28,650 nucleotides of DNA from a virus (taxonomy: Duplodnaviria; Caudoviricetes). Under the pieces are notes generated by a model that did not search any database, was not told the DNA's origin, and saw only the letters and a program-made list of their open reading frames with translations. The stretch lies in IMG/VR virus record IMGVR_UViG_3300032225_002032, positions 1-28,650 of that record, one strand, 5' to 3'. Position numbers and translations under genes: made by a program. Shown piece by piece: positions 25,173 to 28,650 of this stretch. How positions within the stretch are numbered: the stretch's first letter is position 1; every line of letters begins with the position of its first letter.

Positions 25173-26228
25173 ATGAAATTTGAGCCAGCGAAAATCCTTC
25201 CGATGGTGGCCGCATGTGCCGCAATTGCCGAAAGATCGATGAAAGCCAAAGCCATCGCCGTGCAGGGCAATGCCGAGTTTTTTGGCGCAACCGACCAGGA
25301 AACGACGCTTGTCAGCGCCCGCTTTGATGTTGCTGATGATTGGGTGCTGGTTCCGGCCAGCAAGCTTTTGAGCGCGCTTAAATCGATTGGCAGCGCCGAG
25401 GCGGATTGGGAGCTGTTGGCCGAGTCGGTCGTGATCACGGCAAAGGGCGTGCGCTATAGCCTGCCGATCATGCCGAAGGGGGATTTTCCGTCGCTGGATG
25501 CGATTGGAGCCGAGGATCCCGAAAGTCGCAAGCGCTACGGGGTGCAGGCCGCGCCGCTGATCGAGGCGATCGAAACGGTCGCACCGTGCGTGGCGACGCA
25601 GAGCGCCAAATATACGATGATGGGCATTTGTCTGGAGCTCGGCCAAGTGGTCGCAACCGATGGGCGCAGGCTGGCCGTCGCCAAGTATCCGGTCGAAGGC
25701 GTGCAGGCATTTTCGGCGGTGATTCCGGCCAAGCTGGGCCCGATTCTACGCGGGATATTTGGCGACGCCGAGGAGACGATGACGCTCTCGATTGGGACAA
25801 ATATGGTTCACTTCTTTGGAAGTGAGGCGATTTTGTCAACCAGACAAATCGAGGGAAAATATCCGGATTGGTCGGCGATCATGCCGCGCATCATCGCCCA
25901 TAAGATCACGACGAATACGGCGGATCTGATCGAGGCGATCCAGCGGGTCGGATTTATGGCGGACCGTGAGGAAAAGCGGGTCAACTTTGCGCTGGGCCAG
26001 GGACAGCTTACCCTGACCGCAAAGACTCCGATCGATGGCGAGGCCTTTGCCTCAATGGATTTTCCCTGGGATGGGGAGCCAATGGAGATCTCCCTCAATG
26101 CGGCGTATCTGTTGCCGCTTTTGAAGGGGATTAAGGGCGAGGCGTTTACGCTGGGGATCAACAGCCCGGGCAAACCGATCGTCCTACAGGGCGAGGGATT
26201 CCAGGGTCTTTTAATGCCGATGTCGTGA
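25173..26228 (+). CDS. dnaN: DNA polymerase III beta sliding clamp homolog
   Basis: ATDQE, DFP, VATDGRRLA, IEGKYPDW, NAAYL, LLMPM motifs; 351 aa; SD TAAGGAG. Confidence 0.92.
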   Translation: MKFEPAKILPMVAACAAIAERSMKAKAIAVQGNAEFFGATDQETTLVSARFDVADDWVLVPASKLLSALKSIGSAEADWELLAESVVITAKGVRYSLPIMPKGDFPSLDAIGAEDPESRKRYGVQAAPLIEAIETVAPCVATQSAKYTMMGICLELGQVVATDGRRLAVAKYPVEGVQAFSAVIPAKLGPILRGIFGDAEETMTLSIGTNMVHFFGSEAILSTRQIEGKYPDWSAIMPRIIAHKITTNTADLIEAIQRVGFMADREEKRVNFALGQGQLTLTAKTPIDGEAFASMDFPWDGEPMEISLNAAYLLPLLKGIKGEAFTLGINSPGKPIVLQGEGFQGLLMPMS

Positions 26229-26299
26229 TGGAACTGCTCTTGATTGTCTTTGCCTGTTGGGCCTGTTTTTGGTTGTTTGAGGAAACATCGGATGGCTGA
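26228..26299 (+). CDS. 23-aa hydrophobic peptide
   Basis: MELLLIVFACWACFWLFEETSDG; TGATG coupling to dnaN and overlap with the next ATG. Confidence 0.5.
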   Translation: MELLLIVFACWACFWLFEETSDG

Positions 26300-26678
26300 T
26301 GTGGAATTTGTTCCGGCGCTCGGCCCAGGGGAAACCGGGCCGATCCTCCAGCGGCATCTGATCGCCTCCAGCGGACCATGGGTGATCGGGAAAAGCAAAA
26401 AGGCGGATGGCCTGTTTGTGTTTCCTGCCGCCAACCTTGACCAACCGATTTGTTATGTGTTCGATTCGGTCGCCCAGAACGCGACATTTTTGGCAAATTC
26501 GTGGGAAGATCAAAAGCGCTTGCTTGCCTCGGTTTTGCGTTACAAGGGTATTTTTGGCGAGCTGGCCAGGCAGATCCGGGCCTCGACCATCAGCGACGAT
26601 GGCGAGGGAAATGTGGCTTTTTTCCCGGAGATTCCCGCCTCATTACTAATCCAGCTGGAAGAGATCGCAAAACTGTGA
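26292..26678 (+). CDS. Hypothetical protein
   Basis: SD GAGG, ATG 26292; GTGA overlap with the next gene. Confidence 0.6.
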   Translation: MADVEFVPALGPGETGPILQRHLIASSGPWVIGKSKKADGLFVFPAANLDQPICYVFDSVAQNATFLANSWEDQKRLLASVLRYKGIFGELARQIRASTISDDGEGNVAFFPEIPASLLIQLEEIAKL

Positions 26679-27472
26679 AATTATGTATGCATCACAAGGG
26701 CGAGCTTTGGGCGACGGCAAACAAACTCAGCGAGGAACAACAGAAATTGGTCACCGATAATTTGCCGTTGGCATATCACTATTGCAAAAAAAGGCCGATT
26801 CCTGGCCTTGATCGGGACGAGAACGAATCCGAAGCGCTCTTTTGTCTGACCCGGTCGGCGGCAAATTTCAAGCCCGAACTGGGTTTCCGCTTTGCCACCT
26901 ATGCCTGGAGCGTTTGGCTCAATCATCGAAAAGACGCGCACCGGATTATCAAAATGGAAACGAAGGGATACGGCACAATTCAGGAGCGTTTCAACGGGGC
27001 CAGCATGTGGTTAATCGATCCGGTCGATGCCCAGCCCGGACCAGACCAGATCGCCGCCGAAAAGGACGAGCTTGCCGAAAAACTCAAAACCTTTTCGGTG
27101 CTCGATCTGCGGGCAAAGGAGATCCTTGAGAAAAGGATGCAGGGCAAATCGCTCCAGGAGATCGGCACCGAAATGAACATCACCCGGGAGCGGGTCCGGC
27201 AAATCGAAAAATCGGCTATATATCGGATCCAGTATTTGTCGGGATCGGACATCGACACGGAAAATCCCCTGATCAACGAATACCACGAAATTCGGGAACG
27301 CCGCAACGATGCGACCAAGGAGCATCAAAGGAAAGTCGCCGCCATTAAGGCGATCCGGCGGGAATTTCCGGAGTATGGGTCTGTCAAAATCGCCAAGCAG
27401 GTCGGGTGCTCGGTGAAACTGGCCCGGACGCACATGGCGCTTAAAAAACACAAAAAGCCGGTGACAGCATGA
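26675..27472 (+). CDS. Sigma-70 family RNA polymerase sigma factor
   Basis: Region 2 LVTDNLPLA...FKPELGFRFATYA; region 4 KSLQEIG.EMNITRERVRQIEKSA. Confidence 0.88.
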   Translation: MKLCMHHKGELWATANKLSEEQQKLVTDNLPLAYHYCKKRPIPGLDRDENESEALFCLTRSAANFKPELGFRFATYAWSVWLNHRKDAHRIIKMETKGYGTIQERFNGASMWLIDPVDAQPGPDQIAAEKDELAEKLKTFSVLDLRAKEILEKRMQGKSLQEIGTEMNITRERVRQIEKSAIYRIQYLSGSDIDTENPLINEYHEIRERRNDATKEHQRKVAAIKAIRREFPEYGSVKIAKQVGCSVKLARTHMALKKHKKPVTA

Positions 27473-27738
27473 CCCTCACGATGGAACAGGTCCAGCGGCT
27501 TTTGGATGCACACAATTGCGGGATCCTCATCTGGCCTTACCACGGCATCGAGCGTCTCAGCGCCCGGCACGCCGTGGCCAAACTGGGGTTTGAGCTGATC
27601 GCCGCAAGGCAGCGGATTGCCAGACTTGAAGGAGCCATCAAGGCGCACAAGCAGCGCCACGCGTCGCCGAACTATGCGGCCTGTCTGGACGATAACGCGG
27701 ATCTGTGGGAGATGGTCAACGATGATCGACTGGAGTGA
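27469..27738 (+). CDS. Hypothetical protein
   Basis: ATGA overlap; coupled in the operon. Confidence 0.6.
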   Translation: MTLTMEQVQRLLDAHNCGILIWPYHGIERLSARHAVAKLGFELIAARQRIARLEGAIKAHKQRHASPNYAACLDDNADLWEMVNDDRLE

Positions 27739-28042
27739 CGGCTTGGCCGTAATGATCCGCTTGGCTGGTTTGCCTGAACCGGTCAGGGAGCATAAATTTC
27801 ATCCCGTCAGAAAGTGGAAGATAGATCTGGCTTGGCCGGAGGAGAAATTGGCGGTTGAGATTGAGGGCGGAGTCTGGAGCAAAGGACGCCACATTCGGCC
27901 AAAGGGTTTCCTTGGGGATCTGGAAAAATATAATACATTAACGGTCCTTGGTTGGGCACTACTCCGAATTACGCCGCAACAGGTGCGCACCGGGGAGGCG
28001 TTGACGCTGATCGAGGAATGGTTTGGCCGGGGGGGCAAATGA
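27722..28042 (+). CDS. Vsr/DUF559-like PD-(D/E)XK endonuclease
   Basis: EHKFHPVRKWKIDLAWP..KLAVEIEGG.W..GRH......D.EKYN....LGW.LLR.T. Confidence 0.85.
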   Translation: MIDWSDGLAVMIRLAGLPEPVREHKFHPVRKWKIDLAWPEEKLAVEIEGGVWSKGRHIRPKGFLGDLEKYNTLTVLGWALLRITPQQVRTGEALTLIEEWFGRGGK

Positions 28043-28530
28043 TGGCGCAACTGACTTTTTTTGATATTCCGGAGGAGCCGAGGAAGCTGGCCCGTCATGT
28101 GGTGTGGCGACGGCGTGTCGCCCGCATCATCCAGACCCAGGACGATGCGCCGCTGTTTTTTCGGCGAGAGCGGGGCAGCCGGTTGACCCGGGAGGAACAG
28201 GACCAGCTTGCCGCGTATGTGCCCTTGATCCGAGCGACTGCAAGGCGGGCGCACTTGCGGGGCATCCGCATCGATGACCTGGAAGGGGAGCTGATCGCCT
28301 ACGCCGTCCACATCATGCCGAGGTTTGACCCGACCCGGGCCAAGCTGGGATCGCTGCTCAGAGTGGCCCTATCAAACAAAATCAAAAACATGATCCGGGA
28401 CAGCGCCAAGAAGGTCAGACTTCGGACCGACCAGGGCGAGCGATTGGCGGAGATCGCTTGCTCGGACACCGCTGGCATTCAGGCGGTCGATGACCTGGAC
28501 GAGCTGGAGGCGTGGGCGCGTGCGGTGTAA
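28039..28530 (+). CDS. Sigma-70 region-2-like protein lacking region 4
   Basis: YVPLIRATARR...IDDLE.E......MPRFDPTR.....L...L.NKIKNMIR. Confidence 0.55.
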   Translation: MMAQLTFFDIPEEPRKLARHVVWRRRVARIIQTQDDAPLFFRRERGSRLTREEQDQLAAYVPLIRATARRAHLRGIRIDDLEGELIAYAVHIMPRFDPTRAKLGSLLRVALSNKIKNMIRDSAKKVRLRTDQGERLAEIACSDTAGIQAVDDLDELEAWARAV

Positions 28531-28650
28531 ATCAAAAGAGGACGCAAACGACGCTGACTTATTTGGTGATATGTGATATCACATGTTGCGGAAAGTCTAG
28601 CGGGAGTTAGCCGGGGCACTCTAACCGATGGTTTATTAAATTTGCTTGAC

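Overview
A near-complete temperate HK97-like siphovirus genome, about 60% GC by eye, with almost every gene on the + strand. The host is probably a Planctomycetota member, inferred from the integrase style, csrA and a papain-like peptidase. Order: terminase S/L, portal, prohead protease, capsid, head-tail and tail genes (chaperone with a -1 frameshift, short tape measure), a GTA-type head-spike pair, a misplaced HNH nuclease, and a lysis-position block with a C1A peptidase. An accessory gene follows, with an HTH domain in frame behind its stop codon. Next come attP (3' half of tRNA-Arg CCT with GTACAGAA arm sites), a tyrosine integrase, a divergent RHH/HTH switch and csrA. The early region ends with recombination/replication genes (iteron-bearing initiator, beta clamp), two sigma-like proteins and a Vsr-like nuclease. 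The standout is 20252-21847: a stand-alone Cas7/RAMP-like gene plus a winged-helix-like partner, flanked by two non-coding arrays of GGY-NN pentamers. These arrays have a fixed GGC/GGT scaffold with variable dinucleotides, are split into 7 units by GGCA-type tetramers, and the first ends in a tRNA-like minihelix. This looks like a non-CRISPR RNA-guided system whose guides spell a gapped target. Read as codon positions 1-2, two units give a tyrosine-integrase catalytic motif and a Walker A motif. All product calls come from motif recognition by eye; no database searches were run.
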